Shown: positions 38,883 to 51,869, numbered from the whole stretch's first letter. The stretch is 62,856 nucleotides of DNA, filler included, from Globobulimina sp. (GCA_003354225.1; 21 parts of 21 records of this genome joined end to end with filler, not necessarily neighbours in it), one strand, 5' to 3'. Made by a program: numbers and translations. The notes: a model not told the origin generated them from the letters alone.

Positions 38883-39050
38883 NNNNNNNNNNNNNNNNNN
38901 NNNNNNNNNNNNNNNNNNNNNNNNNNTTAATTAATTAANNNNNNNNNNNNNNNNNNNNNNNNNNNNNNNNNNNNNNNNNNNNCGTTGTAGTTTTTATATT
39001 TTTATTAAATAGATGTTTTCGTAAGTAAGTCTTTGCTAAATCATGCAGTC

Positions 39051-41837
39051 ATGATCCAAAGTTTAAGCCACATCCAACGGTCTCGCAGGTTATCTCAAGA
39101 CTTTGACGATTATCTGGAACGTACATCGAGATCAAGCCTTCATAGCTCGTCATCCGACATCTCTCCACATTACGACTACGCGCATCAACATGAAGCCAAA
39201 TTGCAAGCATACCAACAAAACCAAAACCGACAAATACCAACGCAAATTGCAGCACCACTGCCGCCAGACCCAAATCTAAATTACCAGCACATCGATTTAA
39301 TGCACAACGCACATTCTGGGCCTAACCAAGTACTCATCCAACCAATACCCACTACGATACAAACTAAAACCACGCAACAAACCAACGACAACCACCCCAA
39401 TCCACACAATATAATCCCCAGTCAACTCAACCACTTTCAATATCCAATCGGCCAAAATAAGCTGATCGGCAATTTGAATGCCATTAAAAAGGTCAATCTC
39501 AGCCAAGAACACGCGGACTTTTCCGATGGATTTATGGATGAAATGAGCAGTGATTCGGACCTCGAGGACGATGAGAAAATACACAACAACCCCACAATCC
39601 GCATGATTTCCGGCAACAACACACCTTTCAAACCCAAGCCGAGCGCCAAAAGAATACAATATGTGCAGAAAAACCACCATATACAGCACCCACAATTAAT
39701 CCACCAATTGCCCAAAGTGCCAAAGCCGAGGAATTTAAACTTAAACGTACACCGCCAAAACAACTATAAAAACAATCCGGTCTTCCAAGAGCTGAAATAT
39801 TTGCAACAACAGCAACTCAAACAAGTGGAGCTGGAGAATGAGGCCAAAGAAGGACAGCTGTCATTGGCTCGCAACTATGACAGAAGGGACAGCCACGAAT
39901 CGGCGGCGAGCAGCAGCATAAACTCAAGCGTCTGTACACCGCATCGCCGCGACAACGATGAGGATGAATCACAAACTTTTTTTGAAAAACAAGTCCCAGT
40001 CACATACAGCCAGTATAATATGAGCCGCAAATCCCAATTGAACCTATCTGCGGTGTCCATGGCTGGCGCCGCCATGTCGCAACAGTCCAATATGAGTAAT
40101 ATGAGCAACAACCCTGGTTTGGGCACAATGCACTCTCTGCAGAGCACCGCGTCCATCAACTCGTTGATAGGCAGTGGTACCATCCACATCAATATCAAAA
40201 TATTCGACCCATTGGAAGGCAATCAAGAGAACGATGTGTGTACCAATGAGATATGGATGAATATAAAGTCAAATGACACTGCAAACGATGTGATTGCTGC
40301 AGTTATCCACCAACACCAACACGGCGACAAAGCCTTGGCTGGTTTGTATTGCCCAATTTCTCTGTGTTTGATGTGACTGCTTTTGCGATATTGCGTATAT
40401 ACCGTCTATAGGCAGCAAAGTGGAGGATTACGAGCTGCGATATTACGACGTCGACGATGATGAAATCGACGACGATTTCCCACCTTTAGGCGTTTAGTGA
40501 GATACATTTAATACAAACAACACACATTTTATATGACCCACAAACAGAGGAATGAGAGCGTGGCGTCCAAGGGCATCGATGCTGTGGCGATGCGATTTGT
40601 CGGTGACAGGAACGGGATCGCCGCACAACGCGACGCCACCAGCATACCCGACGTCGATTGGGAATATTGTGACTACGAAGTGAAAGACGAGTATTCAGTG
40701 TCAAAAAGCAAATGCATCCTCGGCATTGGCCGAGACCGCTTGCACATTGTGCTCAAATCCAACAAAACCAACGCAATGATGCACAAAACGCACAAAAGCG
40801 ACGGAATGAGCCCCGAATGCATGCAATATCCGCCATTGTCGCACCACTCCAATCCCTCTGCCACTCCGCCGCGCAGAGCGTCCATGACCGGCTCATTAAT
40901 GCCGCACTTTACGTACGTCTTCAATCTGCCCGCCGACCGCCACAAAAAGGTCAAAAACCTGCACCAACATCGCTGGATCGACGCGCGAATACTGACGCGA
41001 CAGAAAAATTGCAGGATCAAACTGCATCAGAACGAGCAGCAGAAATCCTATGCGCTGTACCAAATGAACGAAGCCAGAGAGCAAATAAACGCCACCAACC
41101 GGTCCATCGCGACCACGTTCAATAACTATCACAATCTGAACCTCAAGCAAAGTGTGCCGAAACTGGGCCTGTTGCTGCAAACCAGCGTGCCGACCGACAA
41201 TTTGCTGCAAAACATGCAACAGCTTCGACTCACCCCTTTGCGCTCTGGACTGCTGCTGGACGAATATGAAAATGTCACTGTTGGTGTCAGGCGCAAGCAA
41301 ATGAAGAATGTGTCGGTACAACGCGACGACGACGCAAAGTCTGCCGCAGACTCTGGCAATAAACACAAACGGCGGCAATCCTCGGCGTGGAGCTTCAATT
41401 TGTTTGGTTTGTTGAACAAGAAAAGCAAACAAAAGGAGCTGCCGTTCGTGAAAGGCAAAGTTGCCGAGGTTCCCAAGATTGCGTTGGACAAAAAAGCGTC
41501 GACAAGCACGGTGTGTACGGACGAAGGCGATGTGATTAACTATGAACAGTGGAACACGTACAACAAAGACGGCAAATACTTTGATAAAACGGACCTAACC
41601 TCGCCGGACATAGGCGGCCACGGACATTACCGGTCTGCATCGGGCAGTATTTCGTCGTTCAGATCCGGGCGGAATAGCTGTCGACGGCGCAGTAGCCGCA
41701 GTTCTGTGGCCTCCATCTTGTCGCAAATCAGCATCGAAAACGACGAATTCACGCCGTTGACCATCGAATTGGCAAACGTCCGGGAACCCACGAATTTCAC
41801 GATCTCGCCGACCTTGAACATCACGAGCGACTTCTGA
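39051..41837 (+). CDS. SIN1/Avo1-like TORC2 subunit (CRIM and PH-like regions); introns 40342-40411 and 40492-40547
   Basis: Spliced TANDVIAAVI..YELRYYDVDDDEIDDDFPPLGRN (CRIM consensus yeLr..dddge.D.DFPpL.r); YEVKDE..KCILGIGRDRLHI (SIN1 PH-like). Confidence 0.68.
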
Positions 41838-41979
41838 TCGATCGATGATCGATGATAGCTTTTTGTTTCTGAAAAGAAANNNNNNNNNNNNNNNNNNNNN
41901 NNNNNNNNNNNNNNNNNNNNNNNTTAATTAATTAANNNNNNNNNNNNNNNNNNNNNNNNNNNNNNNNNNNNNNNNNNNN

Positions 41980-42098
41980 CGATGCAAATGAGTATCGGGA
42001 GCAGTATGTCTGCGCCGTGCGTCAACGTGGCGCAGTTTGTGTACATTGTGGAGAGCGCGGAGGAGAAATTCAAGTCACTTTTGCGATTATTATCGGAG
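41980..42098 (+). repeat. 119-bp terminal direct repeat; second copy at 44758-44876
   Basis: First and last 119 nt of the contig are identical. Confidence 0.97.
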
Positions 42099-43445
42099 TG
42101 GTACGGCCGGGGCAACATTTTGATTTTTGTGGACCGCCGGGATTCGGTGGATTTGCTGTTCGGCCAATTGTGCGATGCGGGCTATTTCTCGCTGATTCTG
42201 CACGGCGGCATCAACCAAACGGACCGCGATTACACGATGACCGACTTCAAGAACAAAGTGCGTTCGATTTTGATCTGTACTTCGATCGCGTCGCGCGGCC
42301 TGGACGTGAGCGACTTGGTGGTGGTGATCAACTATTTCCCGCCGCACCATTACGAGGATTACGTGCACAAAATCGGGCGAACGGGGCGCGCCAATAACCG
42401 CGGCGTGGCGTACACCTTCATAAACCGCGGCAATCTGCAGCAAGAACTGAAATGTGTGCCGCATATCGTGCGCGCTATGAAGCGGTCGTCGTATTTGAAT
42501 TCGACCGAGGTTTCGCCGGAATTGGTGGCGCTTTGCCGGCAGTACTCCGAGGCGGTGAGTTGCGGCGGCACCGACTACGAAGTGCAACATCGCAACGCCG
42601 GCTATGCGGGAAAGGGGCACAAGTTCGACAAATCGGAGGAGAATGTGAAAAAATGCGAGATCGAGCGGCAGAAATATGTGTACGGCAAAGGGGAGGAGCT
42701 GAACGAGTGGAATCTGAGCAATATGGACAAGGCCGACGATGTGGAGAATATTACCAATGCGTCAAAAAAGGACAAGAAAATGGAGAATGACGGGATTGGC
42801 AATGTGAGCAATTGCAATGTGTTGCCGTTGTCGCGCGACTTGGAAATGTTAAAAAAAGCCTTGTTAGCGGCGAAAAAAAAGAAGAAGGAGATTTGGAAGA
42901 AGAATGCGAAAAAAAGCAAGAAGAACATCGAGATTATGGACGAGAAGACGTCGTCGCAGCTGATTCAGAAAACTATCAATCGGACCATTGCGAAGGAAAA
43001 GAAAAAGCACGAAAAGCAGACTCGAGAGCGGGTGGAGAGCATCGCGAAGATCATCAGTCTGGAGATCGAGAATGGAGAGACAGAGCAAAATGGAGAGCTG
43101 ACTGAGAATGGAGAGGAGAACAAGAATAAGAATAAGAAAGTGCAGATCTTCAAGTTGGACATCAATGGCTATGCGGCCAATGTGAGGAAGGCCGTGTCGT
43201 ACAAAACCACTTTGAATGTGATCAGAGAGAATTACAATGTGCAGATTCTGCAGAAAGGCTCCTTTGTCGGCAATGGCCGCAAAGTCGGCAAAGGAGAGTC
43301 TGCGCTGTATTTGGAGATCAAAGGAACGAACATTTCCGAGATTCACGCCGCCATCAAAGAGTTGAAGCAAATTCTGTACCGCGAGGCGCAGAAAACAAAT
43401 AATTATCGAAATCACCACAAATATCACAAGTACACAGTCGTTTGA
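41982..43445 (+). CDS. DDX46/Prp5-like DEAD-box helicase, C-terminal RecA domain plus KH-like tail only
   Basis: ILIFVD, LHGGINQTDRD, TSIASRGLDV, PHHYEDYVHKIGRTGRA, GYAGKGHKFD, LDINGY..R, LYLEIKG. Confidence 0.88.
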   Translation: MQMSIGSSMSAPCVNVAQFVYIVESAEEKFKSLLRLLSEWYGRGNILIFVDRRDSVDLLFGQLCDAGYFSLILHGGINQTDRDYTMTDFKNKVRSILICTSIASRGLDVSDLVVVINYFPPHHYEDYVHKIGRTGRANNRGVAYTFINRGNLQQELKCVPHIVRAMKRSSYLNSTEVSPELVALCRQYSEAVSCGGTDYEVQHRNAGYAGKGHKFDKSEENVKKCEIERQKYVYGKGEELNEWNLSNMDKADDVENITNASKKDKKMENDGIGNVSNCNVLPLSRDLEMLKKALLAAKKKKKEIWKKNAKKSKKNIEIMDEKTSSQLIQKTINRTIAKEKKKHEKQTRERVESIAKIISLEIENGETEQNGELTENGEENKNKNKKVQIFKLDINGYAANVRKAVSYKTTLNVIRENYNVQILQKGSFVGNGRKVGKGESALYLEIKGTNISEIHAAIKELKQILYREAQKTNNYRNHHKYHKYTVV

Positions 43446-45243
43446 ATTGAATTGAATTGAATTTCAAAATAAATATTGTTTTTTTAATTGCATTTTTTTT
43501 CTTCATTTTTTTCGTGCTCTTTTTGCAATAAATATTAAATATTAAATAATACATAAATTGATAATAGTTTGTGATTGGTTGCTTGTTTGCAGTGCGAGCG
43601 AAGCGAGTGTCATTTGAAATATTTGTTTTCTTTTTATCAAATATTTGTTAGTAACTCCATCAGTTTGTGGGTGAGCGAAGCGAACTGAGTCAGTTTTAAT
43701 TTAAGTGTGTTATACCTCGAGAATTACACGCCTCGAAAACTGGAATATAGTCTGTTCTCAATCTGTTTTTGCTCATTTCCACGACGGTTTGGTGGGTGTG
43801 GTGGGTTTGGCGCCTGGCGGGGTTGGCGGGGTTGGTGTAATTGGTGCGATGAAAAGACATCATTAAAAAATATTATTCCCCGTTGTTTTGTAACTTTTGT
43901 TTTCCATTTCATATAATTTTTGCACATTAATATTATACGTTTTTTTTTATAAATCCGAACAATCCATAACATTAATTAAAAAGCTGTTTTTTTTTTGTTT
44001 TTTTATACAAAAAGTGTCCTTCTATAGAGGAAGCATCGTTGTTGGCCCACCAGTCGGATCCAATACGTCCATTGGCCAACTCCTAAAATAGGTTCGTCAA
44101 AACCAATATTTAGAGCTCACCGGTGCCTATGGTGTGGATATAGCGAGCGGACACTTTTTGTCGTCTATTTCAGCGTATGTCGATTCAAACAAAATAATAA
44201 TATTCATTTTGATTTTGAAAATATACAGATCGAAAATGGGCATGTTGGTATATTTACAGGATGTGTATTCAAAACAAACGAATTTATATTAATTTTTGAT
44301 TTTTAAAATATACAGCGGGCGCGGATTGGCTGACGACACCAAAAGAAATGAAATAAAAATAGGTATTCGTAATATAGCGAATGGCAACTTTTTGTGTGTG
44401 TATAACTTTTTGTATTGATATTATTTGGTATATTTAATTATTCACAGTGACTGGTAAATAATATACAGCTGGATTCGCACCAAATGAGAAATAAATAGAT
44501 GATCAAAACAAACAAAACAAAACAAAACAAAACAAGCTATTTTTTTTTATAATCTTGTAGATTTAAATAATTTTTTTTTTCTCAGTCTGTTCAGTTCGGT
44601 TAGCAGTAGTTTTTCTCATCTTTCTTTATCATGGCAGCCGACAAAATAAGCAAAACAAATACACCACAATGGATTGGCCGCACTCTGTAAGATTTATAAT
44701 TAAATCGGATTGAAAATGAAATAAATCCGATTGGATGTAAGAAAAAAGAAAGCAATACGATGCAAATGAGTATCGGGAGCAGTATGTCTGCGCCGTGCGT
44801 CAACGTGGCGCAGTTTGTGTACATTGTGGAGAGCGCGGAGGAGAAATTCAAGTCACTTTTGCGATTATTATCGGAGNNNNNNNNNNNNNNNNNNNNNNNN
44901 NNNNNNNNNNNNNNNNNNNNTTAATTAATTAANNNNNNNNNNNNNNNNNNNNNNNNNNNNNNNNNNNNNNNNNNNNGAATGTGAATGAAAATGTCAAAAA
45001 CTTAAGTTAAAAAGTTTCAAAAAAAATGAAGAGTGTTGGATCAATTTCTGTGCAAGGATAAAATATGGCAATCGATTGAATCGTTGAATTGATCAAACGC
45101 GTTTTAAAAACAACTCAAAACATATTAACATATAATAAAGAAAAAATATTTGATATACAAGATATTGAGCACAACAAAAAAAATGCAGAATAAGACACAA
45201 CACAACAAAAAAGAAAAGAAAAGAAGAGTTATAATTTATAGTT

Positions 45244-47271
45244 TTATAAACCACCTTTAATTTTAAAGAATGCCACCAAAGCCTCTCTATCATCCGCTTT
45301 CAAGAAGTCAATCATTACTTGTTTCGATTGCTTTAATGCGTCAGTCATCGATTTCTGTTCAGCCAACATTATACTTAAAGTCATGGCATGTTCCGCCAAC
45401 TCTTCTTTCTGAGGCTCATAATCCGGATCCGCCAATTTCTCCGCCACCTCCTTTTGTTTGGCTTTAATTTTATTGAACTCTTCATTGGATTTCTTTAGTT
45501 GCGCCTGGATCTCTGCTAATTGTGCTTCTTGGTCTAATTTATTTTTCTCGTCCTCTCTCATCTGCTTTTTCTTAGCTAAATCGCGCTTCGTCTTTGTCAA
45601 TAACTGCTCCTTCCTCCACGGGATGGTCAATTTCGCATATTGCTCCATGGCTAATTTCAATGCATAGTCATTCTCCTCCATAGTCACAGTCCTCTGGCGA
45701 CCACCTCCGCCACCTTTATCACTTTGCAATGCTTCCTCGGCCATTTGTTCCAAGAAATCTGCGCCTAATCCCTTCATAAACTCAGTCTCGTGAGTGTCTA
45801 AGCCAGCTAATACTTGTTGCACCGCATCAGATGTCTCCTCATCAAACAGTGCTGCGGACACCGGCGCATAATCTCCATTCTTCTCCTCTTCCGGCGCCGC
45901 CACCTCTGTACCATCCTCATTCACATAATATTCTTCTTCCTCCGACACCTCGTCGCCATCATCATTGATTATTCTTACTTTGCGGGTTTGTTTGCTAACA
46001 CCATCGGGCAACATATCCTTTTCGTCATCACCGCCGCCACCTCGTCGTTGACCACTGCCTGGCACAGAATTTTGGATTTCAAAGCGAGTTTTATTTTGCA
46101 TTCGCATTATGTTCTCCAACTGGCGGTTATTGTCATCAATCACTTGCTCTTGTTTTTCAATATGTGCTCGTAACTCAGCTGCCAAGGTCTTAAAATTCAC
46201 CTTTCCTTTGGTTGCAATTGGTTTTACTTTCACCATTCCGGCGGCCACAGCGAATTTAAGCGTCGATTCGGTGGATTTGGCATTGTTTACAGAAGGCGAT
46301 AAGGTGAATAAGACAGATAAGTAAGTCTTGGTATCAATAAATGGATGCAACACTCGACGTAATCCATTACCGACGGTTTTGGTGATTTTACCATATTTTC
46401 GCAGTTCATTGCATATAACCTGTAATTGGGAGAGACCGGTATTGATTGTGCCAGCTTCCAACCGTCGACATAATAATACTTGCGGGGTCACTCGTGCTCG
46501 GAATTCGGGGGTAAATGCAGTTTCGCCCTCACTGCCGGCACAATCAACCATTACAAAATAGGAGGTATTGATTTGATGAGCCTCTGCATTTAAGTTTTGG
46601 TGTACGGTGGCAACAAATGTGACGTGGCCACGCGAGGACTCTGGATTCTTGCCAGTGGGCGCAAAATGAGAGCCAGCGTGGGCAAATATAATCTTGTCGT
46701 GGGCGTCCTGGGCATCAATTATTTCGATTCGGCTCGCTTTCTTAGTCTCAATGGTGGTCACACCTTTCTTTTTCGTCCATTCTTTGACCTGATTCTCGGG
46801 ATTAAATAGGTCAAATAAAAAGATTTTCGCCACGTGATGACCAAAGGCCTCAACTGCAGACAATTCTAATTTGGTCACACTCCTTTGCTTGATCATAAAG
46901 GCCAATGTCATGGGTAAGACGCCAACAATATTTAATTTCGGTTTGCCTAACATGGAAAAGGTTTTACCGCTCCCGGTTTGACCATACGCAATTAATATTG
47001 CATTGAAACCTTTCATCACGTTTTGAATCATCGGCATTGCTATGATTTGATAACATTGTTGGTTGGTCGAATTCGGTTTAAATACAGCCTTAAAATCATA
47101 TTCATTCACTATTTTACCTGCTTTATTTTGCACCGTCTTACCAACTACTTTTAATGATACTTTTTTCGGTTCCCATGGCATCAAACCACGAACACGGGCA
47201 TATATTTGTAACGACGTCTCATTTTTCTTTTTTTTTTTCTTTTTTCCTGACTCCTTTTTCTCTTCCGACAT
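45244..47271 (-). CDS. Divergent N-terminal-motor kinesin with coiled-coil tail, intronless
   Basis: IYARVR, GFNAILIAYGQTGSGKTFSM, switch I NPESSRGH, switch II VDCAGSEG, STLKFA. Confidence 0.93.
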   Translation of the reverse strand: MSEEKKESGKKKKKKKNETSLQIYARVRGLMPWEPKKVSLKVVGKTVQNKAGKIVNEYDFKAVFKPNSTNQQCYQIIAMPMIQNVMKGFNAILIAYGQTGSGKTFSMLGKPKLNIVGVLPMTLAFMIKQRSVTKLELSAVEAFGHHVAKIFLFDLFNPENQVKEWTKKKGVTTIETKKASRIEIIDAQDAHDKIIFAHAGSHFAPTGKNPESSRGHVTFVATVHQNLNAEAHQINTSYFVMVDCAGSEGETAFTPEFRARVTPQVLLCRRLEAGTINTGLSQLQVICNELRKYGKITKTVGNGLRRVLHPFIDTKTYLSVLFTLSPSVNNAKSTESTLKFAVAAGMVKVKPIATKGKVNFKTLAAELRAHIEKQEQVIDDNNRQLENIMRMQNKTRFEIQNSVPGSGQRRGGGGDDEKDMLPDGVSKQTRKVRIINDDGDEVSEEEEYYVNEDGTEVAAPEEEKNGDYAPVSAALFDEETSDAVQQVLAGLDTHETEFMKGLGADFLEQMAEEALQSDKGGGGGRQRTVTMEENDYALKLAMEQYAKLTIPWRKEQLLTKTKRDLAKKKQMREDEKNKLDQEAQLAEIQAQLKKSNEEFNKIKAKQKEVAEKLADPDYEPQKEELAEHAMTLSIMLAEQKSMTDALKQSKQVMIDFLKADDREALVAFFKIKGGL

Positions 47272-47400
47272 TTGTGGTGTTGTTAATGTGTAAGTTGAAA
47301 AGAAAAGTTTTTGTAAAAACTTGTTTTTTATACCTACGGACTGCAACGGATCAAGATTTAAATAATCTATCACCAATAACTGGCAATAAGTAGTGTCAGT

Positions 47401-47873
47401 ATGAACAAAGGAGTGAGCTTTGCTATCGATGAAAAAAAGAAACAAGACACCAAAATAAGAGCATCAACAGAATGGAATTTACATAATGGAACTGGACCAC
47501 AACAATATAATAAATGGCAGCATCGTCGTTTTCGCTCTCAAACAGGAACAAATAAAGAAATCATAAATCCAACAATTTCCCCACGGCGTTCAACACGTGA
47601 AATAATTATGAAACGACCATTAACTGAACGGAGTGACAAAAGAATCCAAAAAATGTGGATCCATTCAACATCAACATCTGTATTTAATTTGTATGATGTC
47701 GGCATGGAGTCAATGTTACACAAATTAAATAACGGACATAAACCACAAATGCATATTAAACACCAAAGGGGCTCATCACTCTCATTATGTTTAGCTGATG
47801 AAACTAAAGACGATATTGATGACAATTGGGATAAAAAAATACATCAATGGGAGGCAAAAGGCCAATGGGTGGA
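47401..47873 (+). CDS. Hypothetical protein, 3' partial
   Basis: ATG ORF open to the contig end, divergent from the kinesin. Confidence 0.5.
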
Positions 47874-49028
47874 NNNNNNNNNNNNNNNNNNNNNNNNNNN
47901 NNNNNNNNNNNNNNNNNTTAATTAATTAANNNNNNNNNNNNNNNNNNNNNNNNNNNNNNNNNNNNNNNNNNNNCCGTGATTAACAATACGTTATTACTCT
48001 CTGTGTACAATGATTATTCGTCTGTCATCGGCTTTTTGATGCGCTTTCAACAGATTTCCATTAACATTTTGCATTGAATACATGCAAATGAACAATAATT
48101 ATCTCTTTAATTCCTGAACAATCATCAATTGCAAGTGCACCATATTCCATTTTTTTACCTTATTTCGTTGTATCACTTGTATACAAAATGACAGTAAGTT
48201 TCATGATCGAACGAATTAATGCACGGTGAAACACATAATCATTTCTTGTCTGGGCACCTTGTATACGTACATTTGTCTCTGTTTCGTATTTTGTTTGTTG
48301 GAGTTTGTCATTTCTGCGGATATTTAACAAAAAAAAAAAGGTTTTCCATCCGGCTCTTTCACATTTCAATTGCTAGTTTCTCAACCTCTCCTTCGTCAAA
48401 CACGTCGTCCAACGCAAACGACACAACACGTTCTAATCATTTCCAACAACAGAATCATTTAAAACAATAGGTTTGTCCATATCACCGCGTTTTATAAAAG
48501 TGTAAATTACATTAATATCTGATCTCTCACTGACTGATTGAATCAATGATTGTATCATATCCTCTCATATCAATCTGCAACACTCCTATCGTATTTGTGG
48601 GCTTTTGTTCTCAAAAATAATTGTGTGGAGTCATAAAAGTGCTAAATCCCATACAAACCAAACCATTAACGTTGTAAGCCGAGAATTTGTTTCACCGAAT
48701 AACATTAACGTTTAAGTCCAAGAAACAAACCAACACATCGCATATCACACGCATTTCATTGCGCATTCGAGATACAAAGGTATAAAATCAATCATCTACA
48801 AATGCGTAGCCGTGCCGGTGAGGTACGAGAATCCGTAATATATATCCAAATAATCCAAGTACTACACGTTAATCCATACACAAATAGCACAACATTGCAA
48901 TTGATAACATTAATTCAATCGGACTTCCCTTTTTTTTATTCAATCAACTAAACCGCGATGATTCCATACCTTTTTTTTACACACTTTTACGTATTTTATC
49001 CACTCCATCCATATACAGATAATCATAT

Positions 49029-50870
49029 ATGACATCGTTACCGTTTGCACCGCAAAGTGCTATTTCCCGTAAAGACCTAAGCAAAGACAGAGTACCTTTA
49101 AACATAGCCAACATGACCAATATCAGCCATATTCCCACACGAATCCCAGCCAATATCAGCAACATTCCCCCTTTGCCCTTATCACAGTTACCTCCCTTAC
49201 CCAAATTGCCCATGATTCAGCAGTCGCAGTCCTTGTCCTTATCGCCCATATCGCAACCAATACAAATAAGAATGATAAAGCCAACACCATTACAATTACA
49301 ATCGCAATCTATGTCACCTACCATCATCACCAAAAACATCATCAAAAGAGACAGGAAACGCATACGAGAGATCTCTCCAAATAACGACAATAAAGACACA
49401 AAACGCAGAGTTAAAAACATATATTCTATATATATCGCAGTGATTTGTACAAAAAATAAGTTGTGAAACTCCGTGGTCGTTACCGCACACTGACATAACT
49501 GCATAACTCCACCATCCAAAATACAATAAAATGCAATGCCTAACACAAAAACACACAGAAATTGGACATTATCAACAATAGCACTAATCCATCGATATCG
49601 GCCTCATTAAATGGTAGCGGTGTCAGTGTAACTGCGTTAACTCCAAAGCCACTCCCTTTCAACTCAGCGGCTTCGCATTGCAGCTCCATTTCGAAAACGT
49701 CTTCGTCGGCGAGTAACAACTCACAAATGGATATTGACAACAATAAAGAAATACATATCGCACTGCAGAATTTAGCTGCGCTGGTCTCCAAGAACAAGAC
49801 TACGGAGTCGCCAACAAACAATGCAACAAACACGCACACAAACAATAGCACACAACAACAGACCATACAGAAAAGCCACAAAGTCATGCCGCGCACCGTA
49901 GGCTTAGCCATACCAAATATTAACATCAATTCTATAAACCCTATCAATGGCATACAGGCAAATGCAAACAGCAACAATTCCTTCAACGGGTCGAGTACGG
50001 ATAGAATTAACCAATTCATATTCGGCAACAACGACCATCACAGATTGCAGAATGGCAACGCGAACAACACCAACACCAACACCAACAATGCAAGCAGTAA
50101 CATAGCGGTCTCGCCTGCGTTGCAAACGCAATTATTCACAGCCATGGGCGGCATTGGCGGCAGCAATGGCGGTGCCGCTGTTGGGGTGAACCCCATTGCC
50201 GCGCTGAGCATCAATGACATTGACCACGAACTGCAGAAAGAATTAAGTAAACGCGAAATGCGCAAGATCATATCGCACCAATTAGAGAATTTGCGACAGC
50301 AAATGTTGCGGCAAGAACGCGAGGACGAGGCCAAATTACAGGCTTTGAAGTTCATGAAAATGATACAGTCGACGCAGCAAATCAAGCACAATGTCAATGC
50401 GGACAACAAATTGCCGCTAAATTACAACATTACTCCGAAAAAACACCCGTTGCCATTGCCGCAGTTTTTGAATATGCCGGCGGTGAATCATGGCGATAAT
50501 GGTAGTGATAATAAGGTGGTGGCCATATTGTCGGGCTACAATAATAAGAGTACGACGTTGCCGTCGATGAGTAATAGCAATGAATGGAATGCGGTGTCGC
50601 ATAGTGATGAATATAAAGAGAATGTGGATGGGCATATTGACGATATGGGACAGATAAAGTATAATGGGCACGGCCGAGAAACTATCATTGCGGCGACGGG
50701 CAAAATACAGCCGAGGAAGGATATGGACGAACAGCAATGTGCGTTGCTGTGCAATTTGATGGTCGAGTTATGTTTTACGGAGGGTTTAGAAACGAAGATT
50801 TTCAATCAAGTTGAATTTCCGAAGAAGAATGTAAAGCATATAAAGAGTATAAATGCACTTAAAATTGATC
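49029..50870 (+). CDS. Low-complexity (P/S/N/Q-rich) hypothetical protein; intron 49410-49558; 3' partial
   Basis: Phase-0 GT..AG joins TKRR/KLDII. Confidence 0.65.
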
Positions 50871-50971
50871 NNNNNNNNNNNNNNNNNNNNNNNNNNNNNN
50901 NNNNNNNNNNNNNNTTAATTAATTAANNNNNNNNNNNNNNNNNNNNNNNNNNNNNNNNNNNNNNNNNNNNT

Positions 50972-51370
50972 TCAGGCGGTGTCAAGAAAAGCAGTTTTAC
51001 GGCGAGCAGTGCAGCGCAGCCTGCCTGGAAAAAGAAGCAAAATGTAGAGCCCGCATGGAAGAAGAAACAAAATGCGGCAAATTCGAGTTCGCCGCCCAAG
51101 AAATCATGGAAAGAGAAGCAAGCCGAAAAAAAAAGGCTTGAAGCCGCTGCCAAGGCCAATAAAGCCAATGCCTATAAAGCCAATGCCTCCTCTCATCATC
51201 AGGTATAACTATATTTGTGATATATACTGTGAATAAAATGTGTTTTGTGGTGACAGAGTGCGCCGAGTGGCGGTCATGGACAATTGGGAGCGCGTTTAGA
51301 TAGAATTGTAGATCAATTAAAAAATGCAGAAGAATGGCAATTGAAAGCCATTGAAAAATTATTGGAATGA
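50972..51370 (+). CDS. 3' end of hypothetical protein with PAWKKKQN repeats; intron 51203-51256
   Basis: Open frame from the contig edge; CAG|GTATAA..ACAG|AGT splice; ends LKAIEKLLE*. Confidence 0.6.
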
Positions 51371-51869
51371 TTTCTAATCTCTAACATAAATAAAAAGTGT
51401 AATGCATTGTTTCTGTATATAGATATTTTACATATTTTTTGAATGACAATATGCTCATTTCTCTCAACTTTCAATTGAAGATTGATTATTGTATAACTTT
51501 TATCTGTCGCTTTTTTTCTTTTTCATTTTTCGCTCTTTCGTTTTTTTCCCCCAAAAGGAATGCCTTTTCTGAGGTTTATTTTTTATTTATTTTGTATTTT
51601 TTTTGTGAGTGGTGTCATCATTTTGAAAATTAAAATGAGAATGAATGATTTTTTTTGTTGTTGCTGGATTGATTGTATATTTATAATGAGAATTATGAGA
51701 TGTGATTGTGCATATTTAGAATACTTAACCAATATATCGGACATTATACCATTAACAAGCCGAACTTTTTTGACATTAACAGTTATATAAATTCACAAAC
51801 TAAAAACTTTTCACCTTCCTTCCACCATCTTCTTCTGATCACCATCCTTTATATTAGGATTACATTATT

